From Bispira polyomma (lineage: Eukaryota), in NCBI GenBank assembly GCA_965649765.1, contig OZ287754.1, positions 24,986,001 through 25,050,000 on the forward strand: a DNA stretch of 64,000 nucleotides. The letters run 5' to 3'. How positions within the stretch are numbered: position 1 is the first letter of the stretch; the number at the start of each line of letters is the position of its first letter. The position numbers were made by a program, and so were the translations under genes. The notes under the pieces are model-generated. The model saw only the letters and a program-made list of their open reading frames with translations, did not search any database and was not told the origin of the DNA. Below, piece by piece: positions 14,520 through 26,900 of this stretch.

Positions 14520-16559
14520 ACGGAGATCTTCATTCATTCAGTTACAGCATCTTGGAGAGTTCACAACTATCAACAATTCTACAGATAGAGATTATTATTA
14601 AGATTATTATTGAGAATAGGACTTCGTTGTTTTTTTTTTAGTGTAAAATAACAAGATTGTGAATTGTGAGTGTTGTGAATAATTATGGCACCAAAGAGAT
14701 AGACTAAGAAGAGGAGGATTAAGCATGTGGAGGAGGTGCAGGATGAGAAGAAGCGAGAATTTGATGTAAGAATGCCATTTGTTGTCCCAGAAACACAGTC
14801 TTCCTAGCCTTCATTGGTGAAATATTCTATGAGTAGCTCTCGTTTGATGCTCTGCTGGGATTTCTACAGTTGGGTGGGTTGTCTCCTCCAACACGTGTTG
14901 CCATCTATGGGACAGGTGGATCATCTTCTGGCTTAGCTGGATAAGCTATGTTGATGGCTGTGGTCCTCATCACAATGTGCAGGACCACACATGTTAACGC
15001 TATGGTGGCCACCACTGGTGGTCCCTGCTGCATTGTTGACAAAAACACCCAGAATCTTTGGAATAAAATCCTAAATGTATTTTTGACCACCCTTTAGGCT
15101 CTGGAGATCATAAAATTGTATAACTTTTGCTTTATGTCCATCCCCCATCGGGAGTGGAGTTTCATCAACTATGTCTTTAGGGCAAATGTGTCATCTCTTA
15201 GGGTGAGGTAGGGAACAGGGGATCTGACAGGGCCTGACAGGGCCTGACAGGGCTAATGGCTTCACGGGGGGGGGGGGGGTAATTGAGTGGTCTTCTATGT
15301 TCTACTTTAGATCTAATCTTTTAAAAATTTGGGCATCCGAGCATGAGCCGATTAAACCAATGTTGACCAACAGCAAACGGTAATCGGCATCTACAAGGGC
15401 AAGCATGATGATTCAGTGGAACCCATTGTCCCCTTCAGGTATCTCACAGCAATGTGTTTGTCGTCTTTGGCCTCCAGGGCATTAGGAACATTCCATGTGT
15501 TCCGCACTCGACCTTCTTCCAGTCGTCAGGGCTGATTAGGCATGTGAGGGATTGGCTTGTTGTACTCGTTCATGATGGCCTGAAAAACTTCTGGCACAAA
15601 CTTAGCTATGGTTGACCTGCCCACTACGAACCAGTGCTGCAGCAATGTGTAGGACTCCCCGGAAAGGGGACAGTACTGTACCAGGTGGTATGTCTCTGTA
15701 TTCTGTGCCCCACCCTCCTCTCCCTCGCCTGGAATACATCATGGGGCGTCCTGAGCAAGTTGCGATACGAGTGAAGATCTTGCAGCTCCAGGCATGGCAT
15801 AAGTGCTGTGTAGTGTCCATGTTCTTCCATTTCCCTGAGCCATGGCTTGATCCAGAGCCTCGTCCTTGTCATTCCTCTTCTGTCCACCCTCGCCTGAGCC
15901 TGAGGCTGTTGATTCAGTGCCTTTATTTGCCTAATAATCTGCCTTTAATTGCCTCTTAATCATTTTCTTCTGCATTCTATTTCCATAAAATACCTATCAC
16001 TTGTACTTGCATGTCGGCAATTACAGCAGTAAGTCCACTTGCAATATGTATTCTTTGTGGAATCATGTTGATCCCTTGACTTCTGAATTAAAACTGTCTA
16101 GATTCAAGTTTGAGCCCTCTTTTATATAGCATTTGTTGAAGATGGTACTCCCAATTTTCATTACCAAGATTTCAATCTGGATCACTTCCCTCAGGCGATT
16201 TATCTGAGTGTCCAACTACTGGATCGTAATGCCCTTACGACTTATCTTTTGGATTGCATGCAGCTCCAACGACTTATTCTTACCAATTGGGGAGGTCGTC
16301 CATTTCTGTCCAAATTTGCAGATACACTACACCTGAAAAACTGGGCAAGTTTCTTATATACATACATGGTAAACATTCCATAATATGGTTACAAAGCTTA
16401 TTTTATGACAACTACCATACTTTTATTGCCACAAAATCCGTTGCCAAATGTCACCAACTTCAGAAAATCGAAATTTACGCCACAATCTGCTCTGTCATCC
16501 GAAAAAAATCGGAAAGCAATATATTAGGAGAGAAAATTTGTGAAGTGTACAGATGGCAC
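14520..16559 (-). mobile_element. PIF/Harbinger element, copy 2, with pseudogenised HARBI1-like DDE transposase
   Basis: Minus strand ~15890-14760: LWIKPWL..GHYTALM..L..D..SYRNLLR, WNVPNALEAKDDKHIAV, IIMLALVDADYR..VNIG..GSCSDAQIF, DDTFAL..LMK, YNF.ISRA.RVVKNTFRILFQRF, CVVLH. Right terminus ...gtgtacagatggcac followed by TTA (Harbinger-type 3-bp target). Confidence 0.85.
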
Positions 16560-17379
16560 TTATGCGTGTATGGAATTAGTACATGTGCTGAGTATTTATA
16601 CTCAGCACATGTATTTACGTTATTCTGGTATTCAGATTGCTAATTAACACACTGCATCAATTTCTACTCTAAGTGAACAAAGAGATTCTAGAGATAATGT
16701 GTGTGAAATTAGCTACTGTATACATGTAGGGAATATAACCCGGGACCTTCTGATTGTCAGACCGTGGAAGCAGACCAAAGAACAGATACCATTAGGTTAA
16801 TTTATGATAAAGCTGGAATGTCTGATAATTAAAACAACAAAGCTGTGCATGTCTTTATTTAAAAAGATTGTGATATGATTCAAAACATTTCTTTTAACAA
16901 AAACACTGCATACCCGATCTTTATATAGCTTAAGTTTGTGACAATTCATCAGTTCCAAACTATTTCTTTAAGACTCCTTGTAGAAAACATAAAATAAAAT
17001 AATGTTAAATTTTCAAGGCTCTTAGTCACTTATTTTGTCATATTATCACTTATTTACATTGTTTTATTTGAAAAATAGAAAACTTGGACTTTGGAAGGAA
17101 ACAAAAAACATTCTTCTGAATTAAGGATATTTACAGCTCACTATAAGGTCTTTCTAAAATATTAAAATTGTTGATAAATTTATAAGTATTGTGCACCAGT
17201 TACTATTAAATATTAAAATGTAGTACAGCTACATACACACAAATGTAGTATTTATGTGCTGCCAGCTGATGTATTTTGTTTCAGTGAATAAATTTTCAGC
17301 CTAGGAAAATATTCTTCTAAAAATAATATGCAATAATGTTTTAAAGCCACTTCCAAAAGGCAAAATTTCAAGTGGGTTT

Positions 17380-20300
17380 AAGAAAATCTGCCCACTCTTT
17401 TAACATAGTTTAAGCCAAATAATAAGCTGCACTAAAGATCCATGCATGACATCACCAATTTCAAATTACTGAATATATTTTAATCATACCTTAATTAAAA
17501 AATATAAATTTAACTTTTGTTCAAATAAAGAATCGAACAAGTTACTTTCTCATCAATTTAAATTATTTTTAGCACATAAAAAGTTTTATGAAATAATCAT
17601 GCCTTTATATATCTGTCAATTTAGAACTGTGGCAAGAATGGATTCAAAAGAGTATAACTAGTGGATCAGCATAAAAGAAAGTATGAAATTGAAATCAATA
17701 AAGTTGGAAATATTCATAATACAGCTAATAATATAAACTAAATCAATATTAAAGGTTGTGCTACGTTAACTATACATAATTGAAATTTAGTAACAGTATT
17801 AGCCCGACACTGAAGTTTAACATGTGACATCACTAATTCATCGTTGTCAATATATATATGGAAATTGTTCAATCTAAATTTTATGAACAAATACACCCAA
17901 AAACATGCATACACAAAACATCACTGCAATTTTCAACATTGTAGTGTGAGAATAGTGTGAGAAATAGTAATTTTCGTACATTCTTTGAAATTGTTGGTAA
18001 CTCGTATACATAAGAATTTTATAGTACATTATGTGAACTGTTGAAACAAATTTGATTGACACATTTATAACCACAACTTATAATGTTCAGTTTTTGTTGT
18101 TTTAGTTTCAATAAAAAAAAAACAGAAAAATTTACTTTCCTATCATGTTTAATTCTTTCTAGCAAAACTTATATTAAAAGATTTATGGGCTACTGATATA
18201 TTTATGTATCTGTCAGTTTAGAAGTTTGGTAATATTGTATTCAAATGAGCATAACTGGTAAATCAGCATAAAGAAAGTTTAAATTCATCAAAATCATAAA
18301 GTCAGAAATATTAACATTATAGCTACATACAAACCAAATCAATATTACTGTGTGTTATGTTAAGTATATATCATTAAAAATAACAACAGTATTAGTAATT
18401 ATCAGCCAACAGTATTAGCCCTAATTCACAACAGTATTAGCCCCATACCAAAGCTTTACATGTGACCTGACCAATTTCATATTACTCAAAAATGAAATTT
18501 TTATCCTTTATTAAAAGCTATCACCAATTGAGAAAGTTTATTGAAAATTTCATATATATATATATATATAGTCTTTTAGAAAAGGATTCAATAAAATATA
18601 CACAGAATGTTAAGTATACACATATATAATCAATATTTATGTGTGTGTTATGTTAACTATACATCAAGTAACAGTATAAGTCATTAGTAGCCAACAGTAT
18701 TAGCTCCAATTAACAACAGTATTAGTCCCATACTAAAGCTTTACATGTGACCTGACCAATTTCATATTACTCAATAATTAAATGATAATTGTTTTATAAT
18801 TACAGGTAAAACAGGAATTTAATAAACCATACTTGAAGAATTAAGTTTCCTAATATAAAATATGTTTTCTATAAAAAAAAACTGTATTTTTGCTAGAATA
18901 TTATACAGACTTTGAAGATTAAGGTTATGAATAAAAGAGTAAAACAAAAAACATTTCTGTGTAAACCATTTTGAAACAAACATAAAGTGATATATTGTTA
19001 TTCCTAATGACATTAAATTAAGAGTAACATATGTATCAAACAAAACGCTCCTAAAGATTATAATCCTTTTTAATATAATTTTCATCCCTCATTGAAAGTT
19101 ATTATCAATTGAAAAAAGTTTATTGAAAGTTACATCAAAAAATTAATTATATATATTCTTACTGAAAAAGATTCACTCAAATAAGCATAAATATGTATAA
19201 CCACTGCAAACTTCAAATTTATAGGTACAAAGTAGTTGTTTAAGATTGATGAATTTGTCAATGGCAATTTTCTTGCTTTCTTTAAAACATATTTCTATAT
19301 CTTTCAATTTAGAAGTTTGGCCATTACGGATTCAAATGAGCATAACTGGTGAATCAATATAAAGAAAGTTTAAATTCGTCAAAATCATAAAGTTAGAAAT
19401 ATTAATATTATGCAGCAATATACTAACCAAATCAATATTACTGTGTGTGTGTTATGTTAAATATACATCATTCAAATTAACATCAGTATTAGCCCCATAA
19501 GAAAGCTTTACATGTGACCTGACCAATTTCATATTACTCAATAATTAAATGATAATTGTAGGTATCTTCTAAGGGGCAACATCAGAATCAATCAGCCAAT
19601 AGAAAAATGAAAAAACATAGCCAGGTCATAAGGATGGATGCATCTGCGCCCAGGAAGAGGACTATGGTGGATAGGCAAGCCTTCTGCTAAAACCAGAAAG
19701 TGTTTCAAGCAGTCTAAGTTCAACTGGAAGACTGTTCCATAACGTAAGGGCGGCGACCGAGAAAGTTCTAGATCCAACCCTCTTGGTGGGTTTTTTAGAG
19801 GAAACAGAGTCTTTTTCCCCTTTTAAGGCTACTGAGGGAGAGTTTAGTAGTGAGGCTGTAGAGAGACAACAGCTTTAAAAATGGTTATGTGCATTTTAAA
19901 CAGGATTCGATAGTGAATAGGAAGCCAGTGAAGTTTCTTGAGGTATGGAGTGACATTAGTACGGATTCCCAAACGAAAGATGACTCTACATAGATAGTTT
20001 TGAATGGGCTGCAACTTGTTTATGTGAGACTTATTGGCTCCATACAGAATAGAATTACAGTAGTTGAGGCGGCTACTTACAAGGGCGTTGGTCACAGTGA
20101 TAGCAGTATCTAGTGACAAATAATTTTTTATTCTTTTGAGGTCCTGAATGTGACAGTAACAGGAGCGGCGAATGCTGTTAATGTGAGGAAGAAATGAATA
20201 AGCAGGGTCGACAGTGACACCTAGGTTTTTGACCTGGTCTGAAGGTTGAATATCATTTCCCAGCAGTGAGATTAGGAAAAGTGATATTAAGTATTCACTG

Positions 20301-21900
20301 TGTTTCATATTTTCAATTAGGATGAATTCAGTTTTGTCAGGGTTTAATTTCCGTTTGGAGTAATTCATCCACACCTGAATTGAGGAGAGACAGTCAGCAA
20401 GTAACTCCAGGTTGTATCCGGCATTCTGAGTGTTAAGAGCTCTCTCTTTAGATTTGAGTGTCATCAGCTTACATGTGATGTTTAACATTGTGATTATTGA
20501 TGACTGCACTTAGAGGATGGGTGTAGAGGGTAAACAGTAAATGGCCGAGAACCGACCCCTGGGGTAGTCCAAATGGTAGGTTAAAAGAGGATGAAAAGTG
20601 GTCGACCAATTTAATTTTTGGGTTTTAAGAGCAAGGTTCGATTTGATCCAATCAAGGACAGTACCATTAAGACCAAACCACTGTTTTAGGGTGTTAAAGA
20701 GTAAGCCATGGTCGATGGTATCAAAAGCTGTGGAGAGATCAAGAAGGGTGAGGGCTACAGTTTCATCATAATCCAAGGCAAGGTTAATGTCATCACTGAT
20801 TGAAAGAGGGCACAATTATTGTTTCACAATAACGGGTAACACAGGAAATTATAAGATCAAACTTGCAGAATAAGGTTTTACTGATATTAAAGAAGTTTTC
20901 TATAAATAATAGTTGTATTATTACTAGAATATTACATGTACTTTGAGGATTGAGGTAATGAATAAAAGAGTAAAAGAAAATTCTGTCGAAACCCTTATAA
21001 TAAAAAATAACATGAAGCGACATCCTGTTAATCAATGACATTAAATTTAAAGTAACATATGTAGCAAACAAAATATTCCTAAAGATTGGAAAGCTTTTTA
21101 ATATAATTTTTTATCCCTTTTTGAAAGCTATCATTAATTGAAAAAGTTTATTGCAAATTAAATATATATATTCTTTCAGAAAAAGATTCAATCAAATATA
21201 TACAGAATGTTACACATATATAATCACTGCAAACTTCAAATTTATAGGTACAAAAAAGTTATTTAAAATTAATCAATGTGTCATTGGCAATTTTCTTGCT
21301 TTTTTTGAAACTGTTGGTAACTTATATAGAAGCATTATGTGTGAGTTACTATTAAATGATAATAAAACAATGTTATTAGTAATATAGAAGATTGAGTAAA
21401 AAGCAACACAGCATGTAAAATGTTGATAATTTGCATAAAGAATTTACTTTCTCATCAATTGTTTCTAGCACAACTAAATAAAAAGGTTTAACAAGATAAT
21501 TATATCCTGATGTAACTGTCAATTTAGAAGTTGGGCAATAATAGAGTCAAACAACAATAACTAGTGAAAATCATCGTAATTAAAATTTAACAACAGTATT
21601 GGCCCTTCACTGAAATTTTACCTGTAGCATTATAAGTTGTTATTAGTTAATAAATAAATGATAACTCGTTTAGTAGCAAAATAGATTGACTTAATGAATA
21701 AATATACAAAAATAAAGTACATTTTCTGTCCAAACCATTTAAATTTTTTTATAATGCTCTGTTACTGTCAATTACATTAAAACTCTTTGTTATTTACATT
21801 CATATTCCCTATAAAAAGCTAAAATAAATTAAATAAGAAATTTAAAGATTCACTTAAATCAAGTATACACACAACTTTCAAATTGATAGTGTCAAACAGT
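17380..21900. repeat. degenerate AT-rich tandem repeat (about 5-6 scrambled copies) 3' of the gene, related to the gene's introns
   Basis: Motif acagtattagccc..aaagctttacatgtgacctgaccaatttcatattactcaa recurs near 17790, 18430, 18715, 19485 and 21590. Motif tgtcaatttagaag..gg..gattcaaatgagcataact recurs near 17613, 18210, 19300 and 21515. Confidence 0.8.
19560..20812 (-). mobile_element. 5'-truncated L2/CR1-type LINE (RT C-terminus)
   Basis: LTLLDLSTAFDTIDH, KLNPDKTEFILI, VKNLGVT.D, ALVSSRLNYCNSILYG, LKKLHWLPIHYRILFK. It interrupts a repeat copy whose uninterrupted paralogue is at 18775-18830. Confidence 0.9.
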
Positions 21901-21964
21901 TGGTTCTTTAGCTTAGAGTTGATCAAAACGTCAGTATTTAATAATAAGCTTCTTTTGTCCTTGC

Positions 21965-22056
21965 TTAGTTGTTCATCCACATGGCTGCAATGGTCAGCAT
22001 CATCAGCATAAGGGAAGGTTCCTTTAGTGTGGCACTGCTTTTAACTTCAAAAAGTT
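21965..22056 (-). CDS. last coding exon: GPI-anchor-type C-terminal signal (K)LFEVKSSATLKEPSLMLMMLTIAAMWMNN*
   Basis: Acceptor gtgttttttaag and phase 1 matching the repeat exons. Small-residue triplet SSA, a polar spacer, a 13-residue hydrophobic stretch, then TAA. An alternative in-frame AG lies 12 nt downstream. Confidence 0.8.
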
Positions 22057-23932
22057 CTTAAAAAACACATGAATCACATTAATTATAATATCATTCTCAG
22101 TATCTTGTTGTTTTACTTCCTTGGTGGTTCTTACTTTATACATACCGTCTGTTTACTTCAGTGTTTACTCAGCATGTTTTACAATAGACAATATTGACTT
22201 TTGAGATAGTATTCAAATTTGTTGATAAAGCACAAATAGTTTTGGTAAGAAGTGAATGTGTAATCGGGACTTGGTTCCAGCAGAAGACATTTGAAACACT
22301 TTCTTGTTTAGGACAGAAACTTAAAACCTATTGCTGCAAACTGGACTAGACCCCTTAGTTCCCTCCTAGTGCACCTTACATCCTTCCTTGCGGCCTTGGC
22401 TATGCTTTTGGACTAATTTTTAACATGATTCAACATGTGTATTTTTATGAAATTGTCAAGGCAATGATACTTGTGAGACATGATATGTCTCTAATTTGCA
22501 AAGTGCATTATGACACAAAAGTTTAATTGTGACTTCGACTTTGAGAACACTCTATTATTGTTATAATTTGTTTTAGTTGTACTCACTTTGACAGCCAGAT
22601 TTGTCTGCCTTCAGGACTTTGTCATTAGTACATTTCATGCAATTGTCATGTGAATCACATTCTACACAGTCTGCCATTGCCTCGGAGCAAGCTGAAAAAA
22701 GCAACAACGGTACAAATTTACATTACTACAAGTTATCTCCTGAATAAACATGCACGCAATAATCCTGAAAAAGTAAAGACAAAGTTCTATGCCACCTTAA
22801 CCAAGAGATTTTTTTCATGTGGGGACTACAATTTGGGTCTCCTTCATCTTTTTTGTTGACTTTTGGTGTGAAGAAGTTAATTGACATTTTAGAAATCATT
22901 GAAGTTATGTCCTCTCAAGAATGATTGACTAAAGGACAGTCGCAAAATATAGGACTTTCCGGCTGAATTCACACAATTCCTAGAGACCCTTAGTCTACTT
23001 CCAATGGTAAAACCTCCTGAACGTTTTCGGTTACATTTAGCACATTAAAACAGCTACCCACATCCCCAACCATATTCTAGATCTAGTTATAAGTCAATCT
23101 GAGTCAACTCTGCTAAAAGCCACAGATGTCCCTGATGGTATCTCTGATCATTTCGCCACTTTTGCCACTATTTTGCTACCCAAAGATATCAAGGGTAAAA
23201 CCAAAATCATTAAAATTTAAGGATTAAATAAAATTGACATCAATAATTTCGACATGATATATTGGCCTCCAACCTCATCAAATGCCCATGTAAACAAGCT
23301 AAATTTTAGGCAACCAATACCAAAATACTTGACACACACACCAGTCACCAACAAGCATTTCACCGTCTCCTCCTAATAAATGGTCGACTGCAGCCATCTC
23401 TTAGACCAAACACTGTAAGCAACAGATTGAGAAAGTTTGGCATCAGACAAAATCTGGGTACTACAAACGGCAATACAGAAGGGCCACAAATGATTTTAAT
23501 GCCCATATGTCCAAGGCCTACAAGGACCACGATGAATATATCACCTCTGACAATTTTAACTCCCCTAAAAAGCTATGGAACTCAGTAAACTCCATCCTCC
23601 AGAGAAAATCAGGAAACTCACTACCAGATAGACACTGTACATTTCGTTTCAGAGAGTTTTTTTTATCAAACTTTTAAAATCAGATCTGCCTTTAGGGCTG
23701 CAACTGACAACCTCCCTACGATGTTCTTGGGCTCAATCACTTTCATTCTATGTCTGAGAGTGATGTCTTTAAACTTATTACATCCTCCACTCTCAAATCC
23801 TGTGACTTTGATGCCATTCCAGGTTCTGTTATTTCCAATGTCTTGACATTCTTAATTCACCCATCACTAACATAGTTAACTTATCACTTCTTAAAGGCAG
23901 TTTTCCTGCCTGTTTGACAACTACTTTTTTAC

Positions 23933-23963
<31 letters not shown>

Positions 23964-26900
23964 ACATATACTCAAGAAATCCAACCTTGATAAACACACT
24001 TAAAAATTTTAGGCTTGTGTCTGGCAGCAGGCAGCACGCCTAAATCAGTATGCCTACAGAAAAAATCACTCAGCTGAAAGTGCGTTCTTATATATACTGA
24101 CATCAAACTTGTCTTGACAAAGGTAAAACTACTGCTTTGACACTTGCCAGATGTCTCGACTCCATCCAAGATTGGATCAATTTTTCCAAACTCACACTTA
24201 ATCCTGTCAAAACTAAATTTTATACTAAACAGCACTAAAAAACACAAGGAATAAACTTAAGTCAATGTTTCCTATTAATCTACTCAGCAATGACATACTC
24301 CCAGCGGATAAAGTAAAAAATTTGGGTGTTACTTTTGACTCCCTCTTTTCCTTCGACAATCATATGTCTAATATACGTCGATCTAGTTACATTGATCATG
24401 CATTTGTAAGCAGTCGATCGGACTACTGCAATTTTTGGCTTCTTAGACTAATGAAGTACCAGATGCAAAGGCTACAATCAATGCAGAATCACATGCGCAG
24501 AGGCGTGTGCTGTGTGGGATGATGTGTCAGTATGACTCCTTTTCTCAAAAGGCTACATTGGCTACCTGTACAGTACCGCATCAGTTTCAAGACCAATGTT
24601 ACAACATACAAAGCTGTAAACGTATGTCAGCCCCCATATCTTGCCTTGCCTCCCTCTTACCAAGGGAAAATAATTTCAGTCTCTAATACCAGGACTAGTA
24701 AACGGATTGGATCCTATGCTTTCTCTGTTGCAGCACTTACCCTATGGAATAATTTACCAACCAATATATGATCACAGAAAACCCTCATTGGCTTTAGAAG
24801 TAACCTTAAGACTCATATCTTCACTGTCGCTTACTTTCTATATACATGTCCTCAACGTCTTCCGAATCCTATAGAAGATGCCTGGCATCATTTAGGCGCA
24901 TTAAGAATCTATCATATCATATCATATATTGCGATATTACAGTTGTATTAACTTTTAGATATTGCAATATATTGGGCCATATTCCATTTGCAATATAATT
25001 GTATTGAAAAAATATATTGTGATATATAGAGTTTCCAATGTATTGTTTCACCTAATTGTCTAATCTGAACAGCACCATCAAGGTCCTATTGCAATTGGTC
25101 TTATTGTTGCACCTTAACATATAGTTAAACCCTATTAAGTGTAGTTTTAGATATTTCTGAAATAATTTTCACATACCGTCAATTTACACCAGCAATGTCA
25201 CTGCGGGTACCCGAGGGTATGGGTACCTGTACCTAGTTGCTCGATAATGGTTTCAAACATAGGTTGTCGGTGTTTCTTTGTTACCCACTAGGCCAGAGTG
25301 ACAGATAAAACAAACGATCAAAGAAACTACGACTGATTATGTAAAGCTTATCAAAAACATTAATCTGCTGTCTTGGCTAAAGCATGACTTAACTTAAATT
25401 TATTTTGTGTGTACTCACCTTGACAACCAGTCCTGTCTTTCTTGGGGACTTTGTCATTACTACAAGCCGTACAACTGTCATGTGAGTCACAAACTGCACA
25501 ATCTTCCATTGCATCAGAGCAAGCTGAATATAGTATTATATTTAGAATTTTGTGTTACATAGTACAAATTCGCATTACTACAAGTTATCTCGTTAATAAC
25601 TTAAGCACAAATATGTTGGGTGATAAGTGAATGTGTAATATTGTACTAATTTCCAGAAAATAGGGTTCTGGTGGCTGTAGCATGGTCTGGTATGGGTACC
25701 TATACTTGGTAGATCAAGACTGAATTCAAACCTGGGTGGTCTGTGTTTCTAAGCGAATGTGTTACCCACTAGGCCAGAGTGACAGATAAAACAAAGAAAC
25801 TACGCCTAATTAAGTAAAGCTTATCAAAAACATTAATATGTTGTCTTGGCTACAGCATGACTGAACTTAAATTCGTTTTGTGTGTACTCACCTTGACAAC
25901 CAGTGTTGTCTTCCTTGGGGACCTTTTCATTACTACAAGCCGTACAACTGTCATGTGAGTCACATGCTGCACAATCTTCCATAGTCTCCGAGCAAGCTGA
26001 ATATAGCATAATATTTAGCATTTGGTGTTACATAGTACAAATGTGTATTGTGTGTTATCTCCTTAATAACTTAAGCACAAATAGGTTGGGTGATAAGTGA
26101 ATGTGTAATAGTGTGCTTATTTCCAGAAAAAAGAATTTTTGTACCATAGCATGGGCTGGTATGGGTACCTTTACCTATTAGATCAAGACTGGATTCAAAC
26201 CTGGGTCCAGTGTTCCATAGTGAATGTGGTATCAACTAAGATACAGTGACTGATGAAACAAACAAGAATGCTTTTCAGTATCAAATTTTGTATTCTTATT
26301 GAAAGCTTTTAGCTTTTAGCAATTTGTGTTTAGTATAACATATTTACATTACCACAATTTAGAGTTGATCAACTCTTGAATAAATTTAGCACAAACTGTC
26401 TAGATACTCTAGTGTTACTCAGCATGTTTTTCAATTGACATTATTGTCTACTAATGATTTTTAAAGGAATATTTAAATTTGTTGATGAAACACAAATAGT
26501 TTAGGCAAAAATTAAATGTGTATTTACATTTTCAGAAAATAGGATTAAGGTAGCAGTGTCACGACAGGTATGGGTACCTTACCTAGTTACTCAATACTGA
26601 TTTCAAGCATAGATGTGTTCCTAAGTGCATGTGTTACCCACTAGGCCAGAGTGACAGATAAAACAAATGATAAAGAAACTACGACTAATTATGTAAAGCT
26701 TATCTAAAATATTAATATGTTGTCTTGGTTACAGCATGACTGAACTTAAATTTTATTTTGTGTGTACTAACCTTGACAACCAGTGTTGTCTTCCTTGGGG
26801 ACTTTGTCATTACTACAAGCCGTACAACTGTCAAGTGAGTCACATGCTGCACAATCTTCCATGGTCACTGAGCAAGCTGAATATAGCATAATATTTAGCA

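Noticed and set aside
22140-22200. Possible extra micro-exon ending at a GTATGT donor (~22145)
   Set aside because: No convincing acceptor, and the same sequence is intronic in all paralogous units.
25720-25790. Functional tRNA genes in the introns
   Set aside because: The B box deviates (GGTTTGA rather than GGTTCGA), copies are variably degenerate, and I could not build a convincing cloverleaf. Treated as SINE heads.
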